Part shown: positions 6,902-15,092 of the stretch, piece after piece
How positions within the stretch are numbered: the first letter of the stretch is position 1
Layout of the letters: each line of letters begins with the position of its first letter
NCBI GenBank assembly: GCA_903934135.1
Contig: CAIZMQ010000057.1
Coordinates: forward strand, 1-54,431
Origin: an uncultured Verrucomicrobiota bacterium
GTDB taxonomy: Bacteria; Verrucomicrobiota; Verrucomicrobiia; Chthoniobacterales; JACTMZ01
Length of the DNA: 54,431 nt
Direction: 5' to 3'
The notes under the pieces: model-generated
Database searches by the model: none
Seen by the model: only the letters and a program-made list of their open reading frames with translations
What the model was told of the DNA's origin: nothing
Program-made: the position numbers and the translations under genes

Positions 6902-8044
6902 TCAAAACTCCTCGGCGAGCCCGGGCCGTGTGCGGTAGGGGGCAAATGCGGGGTCGGCGATGAGGTAGTTGTAAAGCTCGGGCTTCAGGCGTTCGCGCGC
7001 CTTTTTAAGCAGACGGATGATTGAGGCGTAATCTTCCTGTCGCATGGCGACATAAGCTGCACCGAGGAGACTGGCAGTGTTTTTGTCCGGATCGAGGTTG
7101 GTCGGCAGCAATTCGGTGGGCTTTTGCTCCAGCTCGATAAGCAGGAGGGTTGTATCGACCGTGACAGCGGGATCCACGGGTTGCAGCCTGAGCCGGGCGG
7201 AGGCGAGCATGGCGAGGGCGGCCTCGCGTTCGCCGCGCGCACGCATTTGCATGCCCAACTCCAGCCGCGGGCCCGGGTTGGCTTGGTCGGCGGCAATGGC
7301 TTGGCGAAGGAGGGATTCGACCCTCTCAGCCCGTTCGTCCGTGCTACGTTCCGGACCAAGTCCGCGCTCCAAATTTTCCCATGTCGCGGCGAGCGCGTAA
7401 GCGTCGGAGGCTTTTTCTGCGGAGCGTTGCGCCAGCGCTATTTCCTGCGCGGCTGCTCTGAAATCCCCGCCCTGCAAAGCAGCGAGGGCGGTGAGGTAGG
7501 AGATGGAACTAAGGCGCGGGTTGGCTGCGCGCAGGGTATAGAGAATTTGGAAGGCGGCCGGCATTTTATTTTGCCGGATCAAAGTCAGAGCTTGATTGAT
7601 CGCCTTTTCCTCCGCCTCGCTCGCCGCGACGAAGGCTTCGGTTGAATCGGTAGGAGACGGCTCCGCCCGGGTTTCGCGCCGCATGCCGATGGCCAGTCCA
7701 AGGGCGAAGGAGAACCCGATGGAGAGGATCCAAACGGTGCGCCACAATAGGACACCGCCGCTCTTCTTCGTCGCGGGCGGAGCGCTTCGGGCAGGACCCG
7801 AAGGCCGGCCGGGAGAAGGGGGCGATTTTGGCTCGCGGGCGATCCGCGCGGTGTCTTCGTAGTTGGAAGGAGGCTTCCAGGCTTGCGCGGGCCGCGTGGG
7901 AAGTGAAAGAACGCTCCTTGCTTTCCCCCGGCCGGCCTTTTGGGTCGCCTGCCATCCGGCGGGCCGGATAGGCACCGGCGTGGCCGCGGGGGGCCGGGTC
8001 CGATCCGCACCGGGTTCCGGGGACGGGTGGTTTTCTTCGCTCAT
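6902..8044 (-). CDS. Membrane-anchored protein with a Pro-rich N-terminus, one TM helix and TPR-like helical repeats
   Basis: ATG 8044 (MSEENHPSPEPG...), TM GGVLLWRTVWILSIGFSFALGLAIG, then Ala/Leu-rich repeats such as YLTALAALQGGDFRAAAQEIALAQ. Confidence 0.65.
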   Translation of the reverse strand: MSEENHPSPEPGADRTRPPAATPVPIRPAGWQATQKAGRGKARSVLSLPTRPAQAWKPPSNYEDTARIAREPKSPPSPGRPSGPARSAPPATKKSGGVLLWRTVWILSIGFSFALGLAIGMRRETRAEPSPTDSTEAFVAASEAEEKAINQALTLIRQNKMPAAFQILYTLRAANPRLSSISYLTALAALQGGDFRAAAQEIALAQRSAEKASDAYALAATWENLERGLGPERSTDERAERVESLLRQAIAADQANPGPRLELGMQMRARGEREAALAMLASARLRLQPVDPAVTVDTTLLLIELEQKPTELLPTNLDPDKNTASLLGAAYVAMRQEDYASIIRLLKKARERLKPELYNYLIADPAFAPYRTRPGLAEEF

Positions 8045-8272
8045 CTTAGAAAAGTGGTTGGAGAGTGGTCGTTGAGAGCCGGAGCAAAGCGAAGACAGGC
8101 TTAGGCAATCGAGAGATGGAAAGCCAGCGGCTTGCCGATGCAAGTCGGCTCACCACTTTAAGGGTGAGTCCGGCCAGTGAGGTGACTACCCGTCCACGGA
8201 CCCACATTCATAAACCACGGTTTCAGGATCAAGGCAAAGGTCATTCCATAAAGCCCGACGGTAGTGACATGG

Positions 8273-9148
8273 TCACTTCAGGGCGTCGAGGGCGAGCTCG
8301 TTGACCGAAACGGGCTGCCGCTGCAGGAGGTTGGCAACGTGCGATTCGCGGTTGAGCGCGGCGCGCTGGTTGCGCAAAAGGGCGGCAATTTCGCCTTTCA
8401 CCTCGTCAAGCGGCGCAGGGCCTGCCTCGCGCACATCCTGGAGCAGGATAAGATGAAACCCGGCCCGGCCTTCAACCGGAGCGGAAATCTGACCCTTGGA
8501 GAGTCCGGTCACCGCGGTGCGGATTTCGGGAGTGATTTCGGCCTCGGCCAGCCAACCCAGTTCCCCGCCGCGCGCGGCGGAGGCCGTATCGTTGCTGTTG
8601 GCTTTGGCCAAGGCGGCGAACTCGCCCGGTTTGTCTTTCAAGGTGTCGGCAATTTCCTCCGCCTTTTTGCGTGCCGCATTTTTATCGCCGTCGTCGGCAA
8701 TGAAAATCTGGGAGAGCCGATAGCGGCGCGGGAGTTGCAAACGGTCTTTTTCCGCCGCGTAAACTTTCTCGATTTCTTCCTGGGAAGGATAACCCTCCGG
8801 GACTTTGCCCACTTCGGCGAGGTAACTTTCGACCACATATTGGTCGCGGAGCCGTGCGAGGCCGGCGATGGTTTGCGGCTTTTTGTCCCAACCGGCACCG
8901 GTGGCATCTTGCAAGACGGCGTTGTTGACCAGGACCGAGCGGACGAAGCGGGTCAGGGCGGCTTTGTCCCCGGTCAGCGCGGTGCGGTCGGCGGCCGGGA
9001 GTGCCTCCAAATACGGGCGGACTTCGGAGGCTTTGACTTCGCGCTCGCCGATCTTGGCCACCACGGCGTCGTCGGCTTGGAGGGGGGAACCGGGGCCGAA
9101 GGCGGCCATGGCTAGGGTAAGGAGGGAGAGCATCGGTGGGTTTTTCAT
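8273..9148 (-). CDS. Periplasmic parvulin-type peptidyl-prolyl isomerase (SurA/PrsA-like)
   Basis: Signal peptide MKNPPMLSLLTLAMAAFG. PPIC core RLSQIFI...GGELGWLAEAEITPEIRTAVTGLSKGQISAPVEGRAGFHLILLQD. The start overlaps the upstream gene by 4 nt (ATGA). Confidence 0.85.
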   Translation of the reverse strand: MKNPPMLSLLTLAMAAFGPGSPLQADDAVVAKIGEREVKASEVRPYLEALPAADRTALTGDKAALTRFVRSVLVNNAVLQDATGAGWDKKPQTIAGLARLRDQYVVESYLAEVGKVPEGYPSQEEIEKVYAAEKDRLQLPRRYRLSQIFIADDGDKNAARKKAEEIADTLKDKPGEFAALAKANSNDTASAARGGELGWLAEAEITPEIRTAVTGLSKGQISAPVEGRAGFHLILLQDVREAGPAPLDEVKGEIAALLRNQRAALNRESHVANLLQRQPVSVNELALDALK

Positions 9149-9813
9149 TGGTTGGAAGGGGCAGGTACAGGTGCCGTCGCGGGCGGGGACGGCGGGCGGG
9201 GCAGACCGGTCGCCCGGACCCGCGTTTCGAGATCCTGCATGATGGTCTGGAGAGCGGCGCGGTTCACGCTGATGAAGGGTGCGCGGGACAGCATGGTGCG
9301 GCCGAGGCTGTGCGCGGCGTAGCGGTCGAGGATTTCGTCGGCCAGATTTTTCATCTCGGCCAGCCGGACCTGTTGCTCGGCCACGGCGCGCTCCAGAACG
9401 ATGATGCGTCCCCTCGCTTTGGCCAGCTCGTGCTCCGACTTGCGGGTCCGCTCGGTCAGGGCGCGGTAATCTTTTTCCCACTTGGCCACTTGCGCGCTGA
9501 GCGCGATGGCTTTGTCTTCAACCTGCGTCATGGCGGCACGCAGCTCGGCCGTTTGGTTGGCCGCGTTGTTGCGCTCGTCAACCAGCTGCGCCTGCACTGC
9601 GGCAGTTTCCTTTTTGGCTTTGGCCGCCGCCATTTCCGCCTGCACGGCCGTGCCTTCCATTTCCGCTGTTTTGGCCTGCGCCTCGCGCAATTGGAGCATG
9701 GTATTGCGCAGAGCTTCCCTCAACTGGGCTTCGACGGCACCTTCCTCCTCGGCCGCGAGGGGGAAAGGGGTGGCGACGAGCAGAAGCAGAAATAAGGCAA
9801 TGGGACGCATCAT
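9145..9813 (-). CDS. Secreted coiled-coil protein with a Pro-rich tail
   Basis: Signal peptide MMRPIALFLLLLVATPFPLAA, followed by about 140 aa of heptad-like Ala/Glu/Gln-rich sequence. I recognised no family with confidence (possibly DUF3450-like). Confidence 0.6.
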   Translation of the reverse strand: MMRPIALFLLLLVATPFPLAAEEEGAVEAQLREALRNTMLQLREAQAKTAEMEGTAVQAEMAAAKAKKETAAVQAQLVDERNNAANQTAELRAAMTQVEDKAIALSAQVAKWEKDYRALTERTRKSEHELAKARGRIIVLERAVAEQQVRLAEMKNLADEILDRYAAHSLGRTMLSRAPFISVNRAALQTIMQDLETRVRATGLPRPPSPPATAPVPAPSNQ

Positions 9814-9818
9814 GGAGG

Positions 9819-12035
9819 CTAAAACTTGGCTCCCAGATCAACCTGGAAGATGTTCATGTCATATTGAGGACCGGCAATGCTTTCCGAGCCATACCAGCGG
9901 AGGCCGAGGTAAACCTGCGGGGAGAGGGCGACCCGGCCCGCCAAGGTGAAGCCCTTCATGTTGGTGCCGCCCAGCCCGAAGTCCGAATCGTTGAAGCCGT
10001 CGACCACCGCATCGGAACCGACATAACGGTAGCCGAAGGAAAGCTGCCAGGCGCCCAGCTTGTCGAGTTCGGCATGGCCGGCTTCGATGTCGACCAGCCA
10101 AGCATTGGGGTCGCCTTCGAAAGCGCCGACTTCAGCCGTATCGATATTGGGGTCGTTGGCCACAACCTCTCCGCGATTGTTGACCGCCACCTCGTTGATT
10201 GCCGACGAATTGAAGGCGAGGTTGCTCACGAATTCGCCAATCAGGGAAACCGTGATGGGGTCCCAGCCGTCGTAGCTGAGCTTGCCGGTAAAGGCCAAGT
10301 TTTGGAACGGGGTGGCCAAACCGTAATACTGGTATTGGGGCCACGTGGCAGGATCTTCGCCAGCAGGGATCACAATGTTGCGCAGCGGGCGGTAGGTGTT
10401 GCCCTTTTGCGCGAAGGATGGCCGACTGTTGTCGGTATCGCCGGCATCGTCCTGAGAATATTGGACGTAAGGAGAGGAGAGTTGGCCTTCGATGTTGTAG
10501 AAGGAGTAATAAGCTGCGGCGACTTGCGTGCTCCAATTGCGGGTGATGTTGACCTGGGTGCCCCCCTGGATGGCGAAGAGGTATTTGTCATAACTTGGAT
10601 ACTTCTGTGGTTGATTCGAGGAGAAGTTCAGGTCGGTGTTGAAGACCGGAAAGGCGCCTGCCACGACCGAGGGCAGAAAAACATCATTGTAGTTGTAGGT
10701 CAGACGGACGGCGGCGCCGTCGAAGCCAAGGTCATTGTCAAAAATGATCGGGGTGGAGAAGAAAGGATTGTCGAAGCGGCCAACCCAAAAGGTGGCACCG
10801 GCCGCGCTGGTCGTCTGGCCGGGGCCGACCATGGAGTAGGGAGCGCCCACGGCGAGCAAACCGGTCTCCGGCCTGCCGCCTCCGATGTCATAGCGGATGT
10901 AGGCCCGGTCGAGCCAGATGGCGTATTTGCTGAATTGGCCGCCTTGGCCTTGATTGGCCAAGCCCATCGACTGGTTGGCCGTGACCGGGGAGTTGTTGTC
11001 GCCCGTGGCCATGCGGAGGCCCGCGCTGAAGTTGTCGCCCAGTTCGATGCCTGTGCCGAGGCGGACGAGCATGCGGTAGCGGTTGCGGTTCTGATCGGTG
11101 TTCCATTGCGGGGCAAATTCACTCCCATTGATCTGGAACGGATTGCCCGTGTTGATCGCATTGAAGTTCGGGAAAGCGCCGGTATCGTCGTTGCCGGAAG
11201 GATAAAGATCTGCTTCGTAGCGGAAGCGGATTTCACCCTCCGGCTTGAGCTGCGCGAGGAGAGCGGGGAGTCCCGGCGGCGCCCGCTCGGGACCGCCGAT
11301 GGAGACACCTCCCGCGGCCAGTTCCCGGCGGATGTCGGCCACCAACTGTTCGCGCACGGGGGCGGGGATGTGGCTGACGCGCAGGTCCGCCTCCATTTCA
11401 CGCCGTGAGGCGTCGACCGCGCTCATACCGGTTTGTTCGGCCAGGGCCTGGTCGGTCATGGTCTGGACGGCGGCAATTTGCGCGATGGCAAACATGTCCG
11501 ACTCGTTTTGCACCTTCTGGGTCTCGGCTTCGGCCTGGGCTTGGGTGATCATGCCGCGGGCATCACCCGCGGTGAGCACACCACGCTCAACCAGCTTGTT
11601 GATCAAGTTGATCACCACATTGCCGGTCGGCGTGGTGGCGATATTCTGGCCGGCATCCGGTGGTTCCACCGGGGCTTCCGCGGCGGAAGCCGCATTATTC
11701 CCCGCCGTGGTCGCCGTGGCGGCCAAGGGAGCGGTTTCCTCCTTGGCATAAGGCTCGACAGTCCAAGTGGGAAGCTCCGGCTCGACAACCGGGGCCACGG
11801 GGGAGGTTTCGACGGGCACCGCGGCAATTTCGACCGCGGTCGCCTCCAAGATTTCGGCCGAAGGCCCCCCTTCGATGGCCGGACTCTCCGTCGCCGGGAC
11901 GGTGGGGGCCGAGGGAAGTACCGCCACCTCGGCCGGTGGGACGGCTTCGATCGGGCCCGCCGGTTGCGCGGCGCGGCACCAAGATCCGGCAAGGAAGAGC
12001 GCGGCCAGAATGGTCTGGAAAACGCGGCGGTTCAT
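9819..12035 (-). CDS. Outer-membrane beta-barrel, porin-like, with a long Pro/Ala-rich and helical N-terminal extension
   Basis: Signal peptide MNRRVFQTILAALFLAGSWCRA. About 250 aa of low-complexity and helical N-terminus (LINKLVERGVLTAGDARGMI). The C-terminal roughly 480 aa have alternating beta-strand patterns and a terminal ...QVDLGAKF. No plug or TonB-box-like N-terminus. Confidence 0.7.
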   Translation of the reverse strand: MNRRVFQTILAALFLAGSWCRAAQPAGPIEAVPPAEVAVLPSAPTVPATESPAIEGGPSAEILEATAVEIAAVPVETSPVAPVVEPELPTWTVEPYAKEETAPLAATATTAGNNAASAAEAPVEPPDAGQNIATTPTGNVVINLINKLVERGVLTAGDARGMITQAQAEAETQKVQNESDMFAIAQIAAVQTMTDQALAEQTGMSAVDASRREMEADLRVSHIPAPVREQLVADIRRELAAGGVSIGGPERAPPGLPALLAQLKPEGEIRFRYEADLYPSGNDDTGAFPNFNAINTGNPFQINGSEFAPQWNTDQNRNRYRMLVRLGTGIELGDNFSAGLRMATGDNNSPVTANQSMGLANQGQGGQFSKYAIWLDRAYIRYDIGGGRPETGLLAVGAPYSMVGPGQTTSAAGATFWVGRFDNPFFSTPIIFDNDLGFDGAAVRLTYNYNDVFLPSVVAGAFPVFNTDLNFSSNQPQKYPSYDKYLFAIQGGTQVNITRNWSTQVAAAYYSFYNIEGQLSSPYVQYSQDDAGDTDNSRPSFAQKGNTYRPLRNIVIPAGEDPATWPQYQYYGLATPFQNLAFTGKLSYDGWDPITVSLIGEFVSNLAFNSSAINEVAVNNRGEVVANDPNIDTAEVGAFEGDPNAWLVDIEAGHAELDKLGAWQLSFGYRYVGSDAVVDGFNDSDFGLGGTNMKGFTLAGRVALSPQVYLGLRWYGSESIAGPQYDMNIFQVDLGAKF

Positions 12036-12742
12036 GGTCGCGAGGTATTGATCCGCATGACGATCGGCATGGGCATATCATCCGGCGGCGGATCGGGCAA
12101 TTGGGCGCCATTGAGAATTTCAGATTCGAGGGCACGGTCAATGGCCGGATCCCCCGAGGATCCTTCGATGGAAGCACGGGTTACCCGCCCCGTGCGATCG
12201 ACCCAGATGCGCGCTTTGACCGTCATGCGCGAGGTGCGCGTCAGTTTATGATTGCGCACGGCGGCCGATACCGCGTTCTGCACCCTCCCGGCATACCATC
12301 CGAACCGCGTGCCGGCTCCGCCACCTTGACCGCGGCTGCCGATCATGCCGCCGCCGCCTTTTCCGACCAGGCCGAAGCCATCGGGTGGGCCGTCCCCTTG
12401 GATATTGGAGCCCATCGGCTCGGGGGCATCGGGCGCTGCCTCCGGTTCGGGCGGTGGGTCCGGCGCAGCCTCTTCGACAAACTCGGGCGCGTCGGGCGGA
12501 GGCTCGGCCTGATCGGGCGGTGGTGGCGGCGGGGTGGGTGCCGGGGGCGGGGGCGGCGGCAGCACCGGCATGACATTGACCACACTGGTTGTCCTCTTTT
12601 TCGGTTTGCTTTCACCGCCGAGGAAAAAGAAAGCCCCTGCGGCCACGGCCAGGAATGCGGCCCCGAGGCCGACGATCAGGAAGGCGGGCGACCTTTTGTT
12701 TCCGGTCTCGGGGGAGCCGGAGGTTGGAGGCAAGCTGGCCAT
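12032..12742 (-). CDS. tonB: TonB-family energy transducer
   Basis: N-terminal TM (AFLIVGLGAAFLAVAAGAFFF), a PPPPPPPAPTPPPPPPDQAEPPPDAPE spacer, and C-terminal VKARIWVDRTGRVTRASIEGSSGDPAIDRAL, which is TonB_C-like. Confidence 0.85.
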   Translation of the reverse strand: MASLPPTSGSPETGNKRSPAFLIVGLGAAFLAVAAGAFFFLGGESKPKKRTTSVVNVMPVLPPPPPPAPTPPPPPPDQAEPPPDAPEFVEEAAPDPPPEPEAAPDAPEPMGSNIQGDGPPDGFGLVGKGGGGMIGSRGQGGGAGTRFGWYAGRVQNAVSAAVRNHKLTRTSRMTVKARIWVDRTGRVTRASIEGSSGDPAIDRALESEILNGAQLPDPPPDDMPMPIVMRINTSRP

Positions 12743-12745
12743 GGT

Positions 12746-13153
12746 CTATTGATCCGGGGCCACCGTGGCCAGACCGACTTGAGTGATGCCGAGGCGCCCG
12801 CAAACGTCGATCACGTTCATGACGCCCTCATACTGGGTTTGGCGGTCGCCGCGCACCACCACGGGAAATTCCGGAACGCTCGCTTTGTGCGCTTTGAGCC
12901 GCGCCTCCAGCTCGGCCAAGGTCACGGGCACGGTATCGAGGGCGATCTGGCCTTGGTTGTTCACCGTAATGGCCCGGCTTTTTGGTCCGCTCAGGTCGGC
13001 GGGCTTGCTCGAGGATTTCGGCAGATCAACCTTCATGCCCTGCACTCCGGCCGTGGTCATGATGATAAAAATGAGGAGAAGCACGAGGTAGAGGTCCACC
13101 ATCGGCGTGACGTTGATGTCGTCGTAACTCTTGTCGTCTCCTCCGGCGTCCAT
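12746..13153 (-). CDS. exbD: ExbD/TolR biopolymer transport protein
   Basis: DINVTPMVDLYLVLLLIFIIMTT TM motif and a conserved periplasmic domain; 135 aa. Confidence 0.9.
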   Translation of the reverse strand: MDAGGDDKSYDDINVTPMVDLYLVLLLIFIIMTTAGVQGMKVDLPKSSSKPADLSGPKSRAITVNNQGQIALDTVPVTLAELEARLKAHKASVPEFPVVVRGDRQTQYEGVMNVIDVCGRLGITQVGLATVAPDQ

Positions 13154-13156
13154 GGG

Positions 13157-15091
13157 TCAGTTCAGGTTGGCCGCGGTGGGCTCGTTGGAGGGCGGAGCGA
13201 AGCGGGGGGGCAGGCCCTCTCCGGGCGGCGGATAAGCTTCGGCCATTTTGGTGACAAATTCGTCGATGAAGACTTGCATCGAAGAGATCACGTCTTTGAT
13301 CCGCGAGCTGAGGACGCTGTACATGAAGAGGGCCGGGATGGCCACAAAGAGGCCCACCGTGGTGGCCAGCAGGGCGCTGGCAATACCCGGCGCGATCGAG
13401 TTGACATCCACCTCGCCCGACTTGGCGATGATGGCGAAGGTGATCATGACGCCAACCACCGTGCCGAGCAGGCCGACGTAAGGGCCGCCGGCGATGCTTG
13501 TGGTGAGAATAACCAGACCTTTGTTCAGCCGCTGCCGCTCCCGGACCAAGCCGGCGTCGAGCGAGGCGCGGATGGCCTGAATGGAACGCACAGACAACCC
13601 GCGGTGGCGGTCCGGGCCGGAGATGCGGTGCCGGATCTCCTTAACCCCGAGGTGATACAAGTGGTAGCAGGGAGAATCGAGCATTCCCTGGATGCCTGCT
13701 TTTTGCTTGGTCGCTCCCTTGGCCTCCATGGCCTCCATCCGCAGGTTGGTCAGGGAGTCCGGGTCATCGGCATCCAGCACCGTCAAGTCGCCGGAGACTT
13801 CACCCCACTGGCGGAGGAACTCGCTGTCGCCTTTCATCAAGGCGCGCAAGCGGATGAATTTGGCCACCGCAACCGACCATCCCATGATCATCATGATCAC
13901 GCAGACCACCACGGCGATCCATCCGTCGAACATCATGTTGTTGGCGATGTCGCCGAAGAGCATGACGTGTTCGAGCGCGCCGCCATGACCCCCGCCGGCA
14001 TCGCCGCCTTCCAACTCGGCGAAGCTCAAGACCTTGCTGGCCATCTCGTTGCCCGACTGGTTGATGCTCATGAGGCGCAAGTTCGGCGCGGAAAGGGCCG
14101 CGCTATAGACCTGCAACTCGTCGAATTCCCCGAGGAACCGTCCTTCGCTCGAAACTGCCGGATCGGGCCCGCCAAGGAACATCGGACCATCACCGGCCGG
14201 CAATGGTGCGGCCAGCGCACCGACCTCGCGCCCATCGAGGTAGAGGGTCATTTTCCCGCTGTTCGCGGTGACCGCGATTTGGCGCCACGTCGCGGCGGAC
14301 AACGTTTCCGCGGCCACCGCGCGGGGTTGGCCGTCGACTTCGAGGAAAGGTGCGCCGCCGGCGGCGAGGCCCAAGCGGAAATTTCCGGCGCCCGGTCGGG
14401 TGAAAAGAATAGCCTCGTTTGCCGTGGCGATCGGCTTGACCCAGAAAATGAGCGTGAGGCTGCCGTCCGCACTCCACGCATTAGCCGCCGAACCGGGAAT
14501 GGAAACCGGGTCGCGTCCGACCAGGCGCAAGCCGTTGGCCACGATGGTGCCTTCGGAGATGCTTCCGGCGCTTCCGGCATGCGAGGCGTTGGCCGTGGCA
14601 TCTTGGGGCGGGGTGCCTCGTTCGTTGAGGTGGTAAACGAAGGCCGCGTTTTCGGGGTAGGTTTTGGCCTGGTCGGGAGCGCCCTCGGCCTCGGGCGCGG
14701 CATTGCCGTAGTAGAGGAAAAATTCAGCCGCCCCCTTTTCTCCGCCGGCCGGGACTCTGACCCAAGCGAAGCCCTCCGCCATGAGCGGATCGAATTTTTC
14801 GAGGTGGAAGGGCAGGACTTGTCCATCGGCGGCGACGAAGCGGAGGTCGCTGCCGTCCGGCTGTACGAGGTCGAAAGGCAGGTTGCCCGGATGCAGGCGC
14901 ACGAGCACCACGGTTTCGCCCGTCTCGCCCCCGATGTCGGCTCCCTCGGCCGCGGGGTCGAGGGTGAACTTGGTCCGCCCGGTCCACTCTTCTTTCCACC
15001 AATCGGGCGCAGCGGCCGAGACCGTTGCGGCGAGGGTCAACCCGGCGAGCAGGAGAGCGAGGAAGCGGGTAGTCAAGGAGTACGATTTCAT
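13157..15091 (-). CDS. MotA/TolQ/ExbB proton channel fused to an N-terminal exported DUF2341-like plus LamG (concanavalin-like) region
   Basis: Signal peptide MKSYSLTTRFLALLLAGLTLAATVSA. DUF2341-like W..EEWTGRTKFTLD...DLRFVAADGQVLPFHLEKFD...AWVRVP...FFLYYGN. LamG-like LTLIFWVKP...MTLYLDGREVG...FDELQVYSAAL. C-terminal ExbB core GGPYVGLLGTVVGVMITF...IAPGIASALLATTVGLFVAIPALFMY. Confidence 0.85.
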   Translation of the reverse strand: MKSYSLTTRFLALLLAGLTLAATVSAAAPDWWKEEWTGRTKFTLDPAAEGADIGGETGETVVLVRLHPGNLPFDLVQPDGSDLRFVAADGQVLPFHLEKFDPLMAEGFAWVRVPAGGEKGAAEFFLYYGNAAPEAEGAPDQAKTYPENAAFVYHLNERGTPPQDATANASHAGSAGSISEGTIVANGLRLVGRDPVSIPGSAANAWSADGSLTLIFWVKPIATANEAILFTRPGAGNFRLGLAAGGAPFLEVDGQPRAVAAETLSAATWRQIAVTANSGKMTLYLDGREVGALAAPLPAGDGPMFLGGPDPAVSSEGRFLGEFDELQVYSAALSAPNLRLMSINQSGNEMASKVLSFAELEGGDAGGGHGGALEHVMLFGDIANNMMFDGWIAVVVCVIMMIMGWSVAVAKFIRLRALMKGDSEFLRQWGEVSGDLTVLDADDPDSLTNLRMEAMEAKGATKQKAGIQGMLDSPCYHLYHLGVKEIRHRISGPDRHRGLSVRSIQAIRASLDAGLVRERQRLNKGLVILTTSIAGGPYVGLLGTVVGVMITFAIIAKSGEVDVNSIAPGIASALLATTVGLFVAIPALFMYSVLSSRIKDVISSMQVFIDEFVTKMAEAYPPPGEGLPPRFAPPSNEPTAANLN

Positions 15092-15092
15092 C

